Shown here piece after piece: positions 28,406 to 42,386 of a stretch of DNA of 64,000 nucleotides. The translations under genes were made by a program, and so were the position numbers. The notes under the pieces were generated by a model. It searched no databases. It was given only the letters and a program-made list of their open reading frames with translations, and was not told the origin of the DNA. Origin of the DNA: Chrysomallon squamiferum (Eukaryota > Animalia > Mollusca); the NCBI GenBank assembly GCA_012295275.1, contig CM022669.1, positions 4,774,001 to 4,838,000 on the forward strand, written 5' to 3'. How positions within the stretch are numbered: position 1 is the first letter of the stretch; each line of letters starts with the position of its first letter.

Positions 28406-29086
28406 TAACAATATGCTCCAAACAATATACTGAATGTTAATTGAATATTATATGCAGATTTATAAATTATAATTCTTAACTACTAATATAACATTTCTTA
28501 ACATACACCAGAAATAAACAGTATTTTCCAAACCTCTGAACACTCTATGATAAAAATTCAACCCCAAACAGGATCCACAAAATGAAATTTCACTTGAGAA
28601 AACAATTCTCCACATTCACTTTTTCCAACAATTCAAGCTTTATGAAACAATTGCTAACAAATTTAACATGACATTTCACAACCTATACACACCCAAGAAT
28701 TAAACAAAATAAACAAAAAGTTTGTTTATATAGCAGTCGGAAATCACTAAAGAAATGATGACAGATTGATATCAGTTCGTCAAGCGATAATTACTTATAC
28801 ACATGTGTTCACTGCACATCAATAATATTATACATTCAATAAACATCATAGTTTGGTGCCACCTGTTTCTTTTATACTGCTACCATTTGATTTACCGCCA
28901 TACAATATATAAAATATTACACACACTCACATACAAGTCACGTATGTATCTGTGTACAAGAACAGAAAGTAATAAATAACTAATTCAACACAATCTTGTA
29001 CTCAGAACTGTTTCAAGATGTTCACTGGATGTCATGGTCAAAGAAAGTTTACAAGTGTTTGTATGGTGAGTGAAAAAGTGTGTGTG

Positions 29087-29140
<54 letters not shown>

Positions 29141-29985
29141 GTGAATGGGTGGTGTATGTGTCAGTGTATGTTTTTGTTGTATGTATTTTCTGATTGACTT
29201 ATATAGTGATAGGTGTGTTTTATGTGTCTGTAAGTAAAAATGAGTACTGTTATACCATTCTGTTATAATGTATTGATGAATGTAACATACATATGTATGT
29301 TTATGTTTATGTATGTATGTGCATGTTTTTGTACGGATGATTGCTTGTGTGTATGCTTGTATGTATGTTTGTCTGTCTGTGTTTAGATTAAAAAACCCAG
29401 GATACTGTGCCTTTAAATAAATAAATATGAAAATAATGTGCTGTTCTTGAACCAACCAGGATAGAGTGTCTTTAATAAAATAGGATTTGAATTGAATACA
29501 TTACCAAACTTCTGCTGAATTCATGAACATACCATAACATCAATAAACAAAACCTACACACTTACTGATGTCTCTCACTGAAAAACAAACTGTGAAACCT
29601 GAAATACTACAATCTTACATAAAAACAAAACTAGCTACAAAATTACATATAAAACAGTAACACATAAGAAAGGTCAGTGGGGTGTTTGGTATTTAGAGTA
29701 TGCAACGTGATGTAATATTATAACTTTTCTTTAAACCCTGGGTACTTGTTACTTAACGATTTAGTGAAAGACTACTTTCAACATAACAGTCAAATACTGT
29801 AATATATATATATACAGATTTATTTAAGAATAGAATTTGTGTTATAAATAATGGGAAAATGACAGATACATTTTTTGATTAGTGAATATTGAAATTTGAA
29901 AACACCTAAATCTCTGCTGTGAGTTCATATTTTAATTCATGTTCATTTAAAAGAAAGAAGGAAGCATGCAGACATACATACAGAC

Positions 29986-30037
<52 letters not shown>

Positions 30038-30587
30038 CTGTTTATACCACATAGGCTCCTTAATAACAAAATATATTAAAGAAAAATGGTTAACACTATA
30101 CAGAATATCGAGGGACACTTAGTGGAATGGACAATGGTGTCTCTCAGGTAGGAAGTTCCACACTCAGGTGCACTGGGTTAAATGTGAAATATTTACTCTC
30201 AGGGGGATAGATCCTATTACCATGAACATTGTGCTTTTGAATTCACCTTCAAGTTGTTTATTTGTCAATAAGTAATTAATACAACCAAAATGAAAATGAG
30301 TAAATGAATGTTATTGACCTCAGCTCCACCTTCCTCCTAACTGTATTTGTCACAGATGTGTGCAATATGAGAAATATTATCAATATGGTATTTCATACAG
30401 AGCTGATTTCACAGGTTTGATTAAATTCAGGTGATATTCGGAGCATAAACAACTGTTTTAACTTTCACATGTTTATGAATCATACAAATAAAGTATAAAA
30501 TTAAAACCAAAATACAATGTAGATGAATAATGTCAAACCTGTTTTTATGTTAAAATGTGTATATATGTATATAGATTTATGTCTATA

Positions 30588-30620
<33 letters not shown>

Positions 30621-31594
30621 GTGTGCCTATGTATGTATGTATGTTTGTTTGTGTGTGCATTTGTGAGCATGTGCTTTGTGTAAGTGTGTATGTGTGCATA
30701 TATGTGTGTATGTGTGTTTGTATATCACATTTATGAAAAGGATGTATTCAACATGGATGGGTTAGATATTTTTTTTAAATAAGGATATAACCATTAAGTT
30801 ACACTACACAGAATTAATAATGATTTGCCAATAGTTCTAACATTTCAGTGGTTATAACATAACAGTGTAAAAATACATGGCTTAAAACACTAATAATAGA
30901 CAATATAACAAAGTATTACACTATTAATTTCATTTGTTCTATTACAAAAAAAGAGTCAAAACAAAATAATACAGGTATTATTCACCTGTCATAACAAGCT
31001 TAGCTAAAAGACAGGTATACACAATTATAATTTACAAGTCATCATTAAAGTTCAGTAATTACCAAACAGAAGTCCAGGATTATGAGGTAAAAAAAAAAAA
31101 GAAGTCAAATCCTTGTAAATTAATTACAGTGTTTGTCTGTCTGTTTGTCTATCAGTTTGTCTGTGATGTTGTTAAAAGTGTAAGGAGACTGAACTTTTAA
31201 GGGTGATATTACTAGTACTGTTTTGTGATATTACGTGTACTGTCTTGTAATTATATTTTTTTTGTTTCACCAGTTTTTACTTTTAATGAAATCACAAACT
31301 CAGCTCTTTGATTTTACAGACATGTGATGTCAAGAACATCCACACACAGATATACTAACATACAGATACACACATATATACACAAATAAACTTATAACTG
31401 ACATATTTGTGTACAAATTCACATGGTATAAAATATGTATCACACTCCGATGCATATGCTTGTTATTTGAAACATGTGCCTGCATAAACATCATGAATAC
31501 AAGCACAAACACAAACACATGAACACACAAACTCTCACATACACATACATGAATACACAGACATAAAAGCACACACACAAACATTCATTCATCC

Positions 31595-31601
31595 ATTTAC
31601 A

Positions 31602-31640
<39 letters not shown>

Positions 31641-31653
31641 AGACACAGACACA

Positions 31654-31710
<57 letters not shown>

Positions 31711-31711
31711 A

Positions 31712-31765
<54 letters not shown>
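31595..31765. repeat. (CA)n/(CACAGA)n microsatellite, representative of many in the window
   Basis: Direct reading. Similar CA/GT, GA, TAA, TAAA and TATG tracts near 895, 1020, 1180, 6140, 9120, 10000, 23840, 25550, 28335, 29090, 29990, 36612, 43930 and 57160-57915. Confidence 0.97.
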
Positions 31766-31768
<3 letters not shown>

Positions 31769-31878
31769 ATAAAAACACCCAACATTTCGTTTCCTCAGTT
31801 CTCCTCTCTCACTCTCTGACTGATGAGCTATTAGCACTCGTGGACAGGCGCTAACTTAGACCCCCTCGTTTCACTCAC

Positions 31879-32065
31879 CTCACTCAGCTGATTGAGCACC
31901 TTGTCATAGGCTTCCAGCCAGCGCACATGAGGCACCGTCAACGTGGGGGCCGGTGTTTCCGTCTCGCTTCCAAAGTACTCGAACGACCCCTCAGCTTCAG
32001 CATCGGCGTACTCCTGTGTGCTCTGGCGACTGACGTTGGAGGACGACACCCGACTGTTGACAGGG
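31879..32065 (-). CDS. unc-13: unc-13 exon with calmodulin-binding helix (SPVNSRVSSS...PHVRWLEAYDKVLNQLSE)
   Basis: Acceptor ttgttgttttttag|CCC, donor GAG|GTGAGT, 187 nt, phase 2 to 0. RWLEAYDKVLNQL aligns with the recalled Munc13-1 CaM site NWLRAFNKVRMQL. Confidence 0.9.
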
Positions 32066-32484
32066 CTAAAAAACAACAAGAAATAGGATTCAGTGTCGTA
32101 AGACAGGATAGAGTGCCTTTAAATAAAATTAAAATATAAATATGTTGTTAAATTTAAAAAAAGATCCGGAATAGAGTGCCTTTAAAAAAAATTGGATTCA
32201 GTGTCCTTAAATAGAATATACTGACTTTATATAAATAGGATAAAATGCCCTAGGATAAATTTGAGGGGAAAAAGTAGGACATAATGTCTATAAATAAATA
32301 GGATACAAAAGCTTCAAACAGCATATAATGCTTTTAAATAAACATGGTACAAAACCTTTAAATAAACTGCATACTGTGCCATAAAATAAATAGATATTTT
32401 CAGTCTTTAAATCAAAATAGCAGTATGTTGCTCTTAAATGAAACAGATGCAGTGCCTTTAAATAAGATATAGGCTGCACAATAA

Positions 32485-33066
32485 TAGGAAACAGTGTTTT
32501 TAAATAAAATAGGATACAGTTGTTTTTAAATAAAATAGGATTTAGTTTTTTTTAAATAAAATAGGAAACAGTGTTTTTAAATAAAATAGGATACAGTGTT
32601 TTTAAATAAAATAGGATACAGTTTTTAAATAAAATAGGATACAGTTTTTAAATAAAATAGGATACAGTGTTTTTGAATAAAATAGGATACAGCATTTAAA
32701 AAAAATAGGATACAGTGTTTTTGAATAAAATAGGATACAGTGTTTTTAAATAAAATAGGATACAGTGTTTTTCAATAAAATAGGATACAGTGTTTTTGAA
32801 TAAAATAGGATACAGTGTTTTTGAATAAAATAGGAAACAGTGTTTTGAATAAAATAGTATACAGTGTTTTTAAATAAAATAGGATACAGTGTTTTTAAAT
32901 AAAATAGGATACAGTGTTTTTAAATAAAATAGGATACAGTGTTTTTGAATAAAATAGGATACAGTGTTTTTGAATAAAATAGGATACAGTGTTTTTAAAT
33001 AAAATAGGATACAGTGTTTTTAAATAAAATAGGATACAGTGTTTTTAAATAAAATAGGATACAGTC
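32485..33066. repeat. Minisatellite, 25-bp unit, about 23 copies
   Basis: Unit AATAAAATAGGATACAGTGTTTTT(A/G); decayed copies extend to about 32080, next to the acceptor of the CaM-binding exon. Confidence 0.95.
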
Positions 33067-33962
33067 TTTTTATATATGACAGGGACAGAGAAAGCTATTT
33101 AGACACAAATACACAGGTGTGTTGAGGTAAAAACTGTTGCTGTATATGTGTTTATATATATATATATATAAAGATAAAAACAAACTGTTTTTATTAATTT
33201 TATTATTAATGTTTTAAATGACAGTTAATAACTAAAGTGATGGTTTGGATCTGATGAGAGTTTTTCTCTGTCAGAATGGTTGATTCCATCTGTGATAGTA
33301 ACTGTTATATGAAAAACATGACACTGACACAAGTCCAATGTCCATTTGAGATGTCACATAATTATTTTAAATGAAAAAAAAAAATAGATTAGAAAAGAAA
33401 AAAAGAAAATGAAAAGACAATGATCGAGAAGTGGTTTGAGTAACTGCTGGAGTTACTGTCATGTATAGGATCATTTCTCTGTGTGTACACTTGGGATACT
33501 ATTCCCAATCCAGCTGAGGTCTCACCATTGGCACATCACAAACTATAGAATGTACATATACCTGAGTTACTTGTAAGAAAATAAGCCTTGGTGAGATGAC
33601 ATGAAGTCTAATAACCTAAACAGTTATATAATAAAATAGACCATGGAAAGATTAGAGCTGGTTTCTTATCTTACATCATCATTACACAACATCATAATAA
33701 AATGAGCTTAGTATTAAAATGTGTTGAGTTCTATATTTGTAGTTCAGTCATCCAGTATAGACAGAGAGAGCCAAGGTGTATATTTTTCATTTTCAGTTTA
33801 TTTATCTGTATAGAGAGTATTTTAGAAGTTTATGCTGTTGTTAGAGTATATGTAACTGTATCTGACAGAAACAAAGTTTGTAGAAACAGTCAATTTTTAT
33901 ACTGTTTATATTGGTTTTATATTAATTTCTGTTATTATTTTATAATTATTTTTTAAAACATA

Positions 33963-33999
<37 letters not shown>

Positions 34000-34130
34000 T
34001 ATTATGTTTACTCTGCAGTAATTTAGCTTTAAACCTTTTTTTTTTTTTAATTTAATTTTGTTTATTTAATTATTATTATTATTATGTTATGGGTTAGTTT
34101 TATAGCTTTTGATTAATTTATTTGTTTATT

Positions 34131-34161
<31 letters not shown>

Positions 34162-34928
34162 TAATATTAATTATTATTTGTTCATTTTAAATTTTTATTT
34201 TATTTTTTGTTTTTGTTGATTACTGACTCTTTTAGTCTTATAATTAGATGTGATCCCAGTACAGGCCTTCTCTTTACTCGCTCTGTGCTAAACATGACTA
34301 TAACTAATCCACAATATGACCTCTCACAACTGATGACCACTACTAATCCCAGTTAAGGCCTCACATTAATTACAACTATTACTGATCCTAATGAAGGCCT
34401 CATACTGCACTCTGGAAGTCTTAAACTGAAACTGGGCCTCAAACTGACAAGCAACATACAAAAAAACCCCACAGTAAAACCATCCTAAACAAGGCCTCAC
34501 ATTAACTGCGACTACGACTAGTCCTAATTAAGGCCTCTCATAGACAAGCATTATGGTAGACTTATAACAAGAATCGATCCCAAATATGGCCCCCTGTTGA
34601 CTTGCAATATGTTGAATGGTGAGCACTTATTTTCTATAATAGTATCAGGCCTGCTGTCACAAACAGATGTCAGGACCGACCTAGGCTGGTTTGTTGGGCT
34701 CTCTATTGATCTGTCCTCCTTTTATTAACCACACCAGCCACACTACAGCAGTAAAATCACATTTTAAAACTAGAGTTAATAGTTATTTAATGTATGTGCA
34801 TGTATACACTGATAGAGACACACACACACACACACAATGTGATAATAATGGAACAGGATATGAAATGCAAATTTATTTGACATAGATTAGTATTTATTTT
34901 GTTTGTTCAAAATAAATGGGTCTTATTG

Positions 34929-34961
<33 letters not shown>

Positions 34962-35681
34962 TAAAATAAATAAATAAATAAAATATAATAAAATAATAAC
35001 AAAAGAAATAATAAAATTAATCATAATAATAATAAAAATAATAATATATAATATATATAATAATTATAATAATTATAATGATAATGTTTTAATAATAATA
35101 ATGATTTAATAATGATAATGTTCAGAGTTTAAATATTTTAAGTGGCATTAGTTTAATTTTACTGCTTTATTTTTATATAATTTAAAAAATAAAAACCAGT
35201 AAATTAAGAAAAACATATCAAACATCAAAACCTTCACAACATATTTGCGACAAAAATAAATTAAAAAAAATATAAGTATGTATGTATAGAAATATTTGGA
35301 GTTTAAATTAACAACTAAATATTTCTTGTTAAAAAATGTCTTAAAAACAAAAAAAAAAAAAAAAAACAAACAAACAAAGAAAAAAAAAAAAAAGAACATG
35401 CATATGAATAGGAAAAAAGAGACCCAGTCTTCTGTAACTTTTTCTCTATGTAAGGCCATCATTTTTAAATTTCTTAAATTTTGGTTGTTCAGTCTGATTA
35501 GTCATTTTGTAAAACGTTTTAATCCTGTTTCAGTATTTATAAATATATTTGTCAGTTGTAGTTAAATATGTGAAATTTCTTAATTTTTCTGGTTTGTTGG
35601 TGTGTGTTTTACACTGGCATAATAATCTCTGTACTATATATAAACTATATATAATAATTTCAACTCTAAGAAAGCAAAATA

Positions 35682-35723
<42 letters not shown>

Positions 35724-36609
35724 TTAATAATAATAATTGTAATAAATATAATAAATAAATAAATAAATAAAAACAAAAAACTGCAAAAAAAAAATTAAAA
35801 AATTAAAATTAACAAAAAATGATGAATGGAAAATTTGGTAAGTAAAATAATAATACTAATAAAAAATAAATAAGTAAATAAATAAATAAATAAAATAAAT
35901 TTAAAAAAGAAAAAAACCCCAAAGGAACCTAAACCAATTAAATTTAAAAATTAAAAAAACAAAACAAAATAGCAACAAAAAACAACACAGATGTAGGTGT
36001 AAGTGTATTTATCTTTAAAAAAAATAAAAGAGAAATAAAGAGAAATAAATAAAAAAAATAAAAAAAATAAAACAATATAAAAAAATAAATTCAATTATAG
36101 AAAGCCATTTTGCACTTTTTTCACACAGATATATTCAAACATCATCAAGTGACGTCTGAAAGATTCATCACTCTGTCACAGACACTCTATTGTCCATCAG
36201 TGTCAGGAAATGTTGGCCACCAAACTGATGGATGGACGAACAGACAAAAACATAAAATGAAATCCTGCCAACTGCTAGACATGCAATGTGACAATACAAA
36301 GCACTTTACTCGGAAGGCAACGACAGAGAGAAACTCATCTCTATCATGCTGTTGATGTTATTGGAAAATCCAAAGTCACAGTGGCATGACAGTGAAGTAG
36401 ACCCATGTTTTCACTTAATACCTGAATAAAGCCCTGCAGTACCTATAAATAAATCAATTCAGTGCTTTTCCAGGCTTGACTCTGTTGGTAAGTATATTGA
36501 TATCAGCAGCAGTAGCAACATTATGAAGAAATCTTTAGCAAAAGAAAAAATGTTCTTAAAGCAATTATTGGAGTTTCTTCCATAGGGTTTATTGTGGCAG
36601 AGACACTGA

Positions 36610-36657
<48 letters not shown>

Positions 36658-36658
36658 G

Positions 36659-36715
<57 letters not shown>

Positions 36716-37144
36716 TGTGTGTACAAGGGTATGCTTTCATGTCAAGATGTGTGTGTATAGATTTGTGTTATCCATGTAAAAATATATATTTTATGTATGC
36801 ATGTCTATATGAACGTGTGTTGTGTGTGTGTGTGTGTAATCATTTGCTTGTATGTATTTGTAAGTAAATGTGGATGTAGGGAATGTGCATGTGTGTCTAT
36901 GTTTGTGAAAGACTGTATGTAAAAACAATGTATGTATGTATGTTTGTGTAAGTGAGTGTGAGGGAATCTGTTTTGTTAATGGTAAATGCATATATAAATA
37001 TTTTGTTTATGTCTATGTCTTTGATTATCTCTGCATGTATACATTTATAAATGCATGTTTGTGCAAACTTCAAAAGGAAAGAAAGAAAATGACCCAAGAA
37101 AATATCAGAAAAAATAGAAAGAAAAGAGTAACAGAATAAAGCAA

Positions 37145-37183
<39 letters not shown>

Positions 37184-38063
37184 TTAAAATAAAATGTAAC
37201 ACAAATACAAAAAACCAAATATTAATTTCTCCAGTGATTTTGATTTGAAGATTTATTTCCAATTACAAAATGGAGAAAAGATTTCTGTAAGCGGCACACT
37301 CAGAATTAACAGTCTTTGCAGTAAACACTAACATGAGAATGAATGTGAAAACTATATTAGGCAGATTTGTGTTCTTTGTTCAGTAATATTACTGTTAAAA
37401 CTTTATGAAAAACCTAACCAAATTCCAGGACTGTATTCAGGACAAAGGGATTTTTAATATAATGCTGAAGAAAAGTACTGAAAGTAAATACCAGAACTCC
37501 AGGAATAATTTGTGAATTTCATAAAAGAAATACAACAACAACAGAACAACAGAAAAAAAACCCCATTAAAAAACAAAAAAACAATAAACCCCCAAACTCC
37601 CACAAAAAACAAACAAACAAAACAAACAGACAAAAACTGCATTTGTTAGGAAATACTGACAGGGTAATATAATACTAATTAAAGTTGTTTCAAAAATAAA
37701 ATTGTGGAAAAACACTGGATACAAAACCCCCATACATTTTTGCTTTTAAAAATATAAAACAAGAGATATGTAACATGACTAAAAGAAAAAATGACATAAA
37801 TTATATTTGTTTTTTAAAAATACAAACAATAAAATAAAATAAAATAAAATGTACAGATAACAACCTACTGGTAAATACAACAGATAACAATCTATTCAAT
37901 AAAAAGAATAACAGCTTATGTTATTTTTTTTTCATCATCATCATCACCATCTTTTTTAAAATCTATTAATGAAATTGGTTTAAAGGAAACATTGGAAAGA
38001 CAATAAGGATAATTAAGGTTCAGATTTACCTGAACTTTTTTAATCAGTTAATTTTATTTTTAC

Positions 38064-38123
38064 CTGTAATCTTGCGTACTCTGTCTGCTCATGTTCATGG
38101 AAGAATTCCGACTCATTGCTGGG
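38064..38123 (-). CDS. unc-13: unc-13 60-nt symmetric (phase 2-2) exon (SPAMSRNSSMNMSRQSTQDY)
   Basis: Acceptor tttctttctccaacag|CCC, donor CAG|GTAAAA, open frame. The peptide is a clear paralog of the start of the next exon (SPVNSRVSSSNVSRQSTQEY). Confidence 0.8.
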
Positions 38124-40422
38124 CTGTTGGAGAAAGAAAATTAAGAATATAAATTTACTGTGACATATTACTTTTATACCATAACAGAAAACATTAAATG
38201 TTATTTAATCATAGATATATATATAGAGAGAATACACAAATGATCTATCTTGATAATAAATGTTTTATTTCTTTTTGTTAAGCTGTTGTTGTTTTTTTTG
38301 TGTGTTTTTTTTATCAGTATTTCTTTTTCTCTGTCAACCAATATCTTCCTATCATGTTTTTTAATTTTTAATTTTCTTTCTCAGTATCTCTCTCTATCTA
38401 TGTCTGTTTCTCTGTCTTTCTCTCATTTTCATTTTATCATTTCAACATAAATAAAAATTTAATAGAAAAAAACCTTATGATCAAAATATTAAAATTTACC
38501 TCAAAACTATAGTAATTGAAATTATTGTGAAATGACTATTTTAAATGTACTGTAAACATTATACACTCTGTTTTTAATTGAAGACAAACATGAACTCTTT
38601 ATTCTTTTTTCTTTAATTTCTTTTCATTTTCACAACAAAAAAACAAAAAAAAAAATTAAAATTTATGTAGGCATAATATAATTTTTCCCAGGCTACAGTT
38701 CTGAGACATAATTATAAAGATTCCTTGAAAACTACATCTACCATGTTCCCTACTGGTTTTTATTTATTAATTACAGAACATAAAACAACAACAGTCCTCA
38801 GAAAAACACCCCCATCAAAGAACATGCATTTTCTATTCTCTCTAACAGTCATTAATCAAGTATTTTTACTCAAAACACAAAAATAATGTCAAGGTTATGA
38901 TCAGCAAAAAAAATAAAAAAAAATAAAAACCATCCCCCCCCCATTCAAAACCAACACCTTTAAAATTTATAAACACTGTCATTTTAAATTTTGATCCTAA
39001 TGGAAGAAATAAGAGCTGAGGTTGTGCTTTGTTTCCTGTACCAATGTCACTTTACTGCAGAACTTAATTCATTAACAGTGCTGATTTAGCCTTTGTTATT
39101 CTCTTTCTCCACGCACAGAATTACTGCAGATCAAAAGAAGCTGTCATGATTGGTTACTGAAACCAACACTAATGCTGCCAAGCATGACATTAAATGAGAT
39201 GCATATCCGAAACACAATACTTTTTTTTTTTCACTACACAGATAATGAAAATAGAAATAAAAAAGAAAAAAAAAAAAATGGCTTGCATTGTGCCTTGCTA
39301 ATTAAACAGAAAATAAACGTAAACACTCTGCTGGCTGTCATGTATTTATAAATGCACACTGTACTGTGAATAAAGTTAACACAGCTGTTTTTAACTGCAA
39401 GAGGACTGCCTTTAAAGTACTTTCTAAAAATTCCCATTATCTCACTAAAGAAACAACAACAAAAAACATTTTTAAAATTTAACCCCCCCAAGAAGCAACA
39501 ATTAAATAAATAAAAAAGAAAAAAAAACAACTGTGCAAACAATTTTCAGCTTCAGAGATATTTAAACATTGTTTATCAAGAGTGAATCAGTTTAATAATT
39601 TTAAAGATATTTTAAATAAAAAGAAGATAAAAAAAGCCCTTATGATATATAATGAAAATACATAAACAATTCACTGGCTCTAAACAAACTATAAACATAT
39701 AATGAACTGTCTTTGATTTTTCTCTAACTTTTTTCTTTCTTGTAGTTTTCTTTTTTTCAATTCAAAGTGAGTCCCTTTAATAATTTTAAAGAGTCTATTT
39801 AATTAAAAGCAAAGAAAAAAAAAGACCTTACTAATCATAATGTTACAGAAAATATACAAAGTCTTAACTTTCTGTAAATAATCTATAATATTATCTTTAC
39901 TATATTTGACATGAATTTTGTTTTTTTAATGAAAGAATGGCTGCCTGTAAGGTATATTCATTTAACAACTCTCTTTTGATTAAAAAGTAAAAACTGCAAA
40001 TGCTACAGCAAAATATGAGAAACTATAGCTAACCACTCTGTAAAGAATTACCATAATGCCTTTAACATATTTAACTGTGCTATTCTTAAATGACAGAGAG
40101 GCTTCCTTTAATGTACATATCTTTAACAAAAATTGTCTGTAATACATTTAATAATTCTGATTATGACATGTGACAAGGAAGAGCTTACAAGTCCAAATTT
40201 TATCTAAATTTGGTTATAACTATTTATAGTTTCTGTGTTTCACTTCTTCATTTTACCATGTTAATAGATGTAAAACATTTCCCTAATGGAATAATTTGTA
40301 AAAACCTGGTATGTAAAGGAAAAATGAATTTCCCTTTTCCATTTGATTTCTGGAGTTTGATGACTTTACCAAGATCATCTAAATTATGAAATTAATAATG
40401 ACATATACCCTTTGACAGACAG

Positions 40423-40456
<34 letters not shown>

Positions 40457-41559
40457 TCATATATATATATAAAGTGAATCGTATATGAAATGGTACGTTC
40501 ATCAATAAAATACTTACCTCTTGTTAATTAAGGAAATAAAATCTATTAATGAAAGATTGATGCCCTTTAATATGTCAATGAAAAATTCATTGCCTTTGAT
40601 AAAATTAAAGAACTGATTTGTCAGTAATGATTCCCTTTAGCAGATTCAATTAACAAAGAATGGTTCCATTTAGTCAGTCATTAATGATTTAAAAACAGAT
40701 TTGCTAAAGAAAAAAAAATTGGAATAAATAATAAAAAAAAAAAAAAAATAAAAAATAAATAATAAATTAACAGATTCAGTAAATCCTTTGTCAAAAAACC
40801 TATGGATCAAAAAATCAAGACTAACATCCTTTAACTAAAATAAATAAATAAATAAATAATTTTTTTTTTTTTTTTTATAATAATAATAAGTAATATATGC
40901 TGACTTTATAACCCTATCATTAATTGGATTCCCTTTAATACATGTCTTATCAATGTATGGCTTATTCTTTATTATCTGTTATTGATGAAAGACTGATTTT
41001 CTTGAATATATTTGTCATTCATATATTGCATGATTGATTCGTTTGTTAATTAAAGATATGCTGCTTTTAAAATATCAGTCATTACTGTTTTGTATTTGTT
41101 ATTAATGTACATCTGACTAATTATAATGCTAATCTACCTATCATGAATTGAAGTCTGATCCTGTGTAATATATCTATCATTAATATAAGACAGACCTTCT
41201 GTAACCTATCCCTTTAATAAAGCAATCATTAATATAACTTTCATTCATTTTAAACTGATTCTCTTTAATACACTTATCATAAATGTAAAACTGACAGTCT
41301 GTAACATATATCTGTTATAAGACTGGCTTCCTTTAATAAACCTATCATTAATAGATGACTTTCTTTAATATATGCATCATTAAAATAAAAGTGACTCTTT
41401 TTAATATACATATCAATAATGTATAACTTCCTTAAATATATTTGTCAATAATACTCCCTTTAAAGATTTTTACTATATAACATTTGTATTATTAATTAAT
41501 ATATCTGTTACATATGTAAAATTGACTTTAATATTGGGAACCTTTTTAATATCAGGTGT

Positions 41560-42100
41560 GAGAGAACATTGACTTTGTGTAACCTACTATCATCAATGAA
41601 ACTGACTGAGAAAACAGAACACTGACTTTGTGTAACCTACCTATCATTAACTAAAGACTGAGAGAACACTTTGTGTAACCTACCTATCATTAATGAAAGA
41701 CTGAGAGAACACTGACTTTGTGTAACCTACCTATCATTAACTAAAGACTGAGAGAACACTGACTTTGTGTAACCTACCTATCATTAATGAAAGACTGAGA
41801 GAACAATGACTTTGTGTAACCTACCTATCATTAAAGACTGAGAGAACACTTTGTGTAACCTACCTATCATTAATGAAAGACTGAGAGAACACTGACTTTG
41901 TATAACCTACCTATCATTAAAGACTGAGAGAACACTTTGTGTAACCTACCTATCATTAACTAAAGACTGAGAGAACATTGACTTTGTGTCACCTACCTAT
42001 CATTAATGAAAGACTGAGAGAACACTTTGTGTAACCTACCTATCATTAATGAAAGACTGAGAGAACACTGACTTTGGTCCCTATCATTAATGAAAGACTC
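41560..42100. repeat. Minisatellite, 47-bp unit (39/43-bp deletion variants), about 12 copies
   Basis: Unit AGAGAACACTGACTTTGTGTAACCTACCTATCATTAATGAAAGACTG, abutting the 3' end of exon 42116-42386. Confidence 0.95.
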
Positions 42101-42115
42101 CTCTCAAAGGAGGAC

Positions 42116-42386
42116 CTGTTGTAGTAGAGGGGCTCAGACCAGTGTCAAACCCTGGTGGAGGGGCTGCCATCCTGGTAGTAGTCCTGGTCCCTGTCGTAGC
42201 TCCTCTCAAAGGAGGACCTGTCGAAGGACCTGTCGAAGGAGTCGTAGCGTGGGTAGTCGCGACTGTCGTCACGCAGTCTGTATGGGTGATCAGCGTGGCT
42301 GCGGTACTGGTGTGCGGAGGTGTTGTGCTGGTGCTGTAGAGGGAAGTTGACATCACTGGTGTAGTCGCTGTCTTCAGACATGCCAG
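42116..42386 (-). CDS. unc-13: unc-13 internal linker exon ([20 protein letters not shown]...[22 protein letters not shown]...SEPLYYN); apparent in-frame TGA at 42145-42147
   Basis: Acceptor ttttacttcag|CTGGC (phase 1), GC-rich coding-like composition. SEDSDYTSD and EPLYYNS are motifs I recall from invertebrate long UNC-13. Ends AAC AG|GT (phase 2), fitting the next exons. The 3' end looks corrupted (see findings). Confidence 0.85.
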
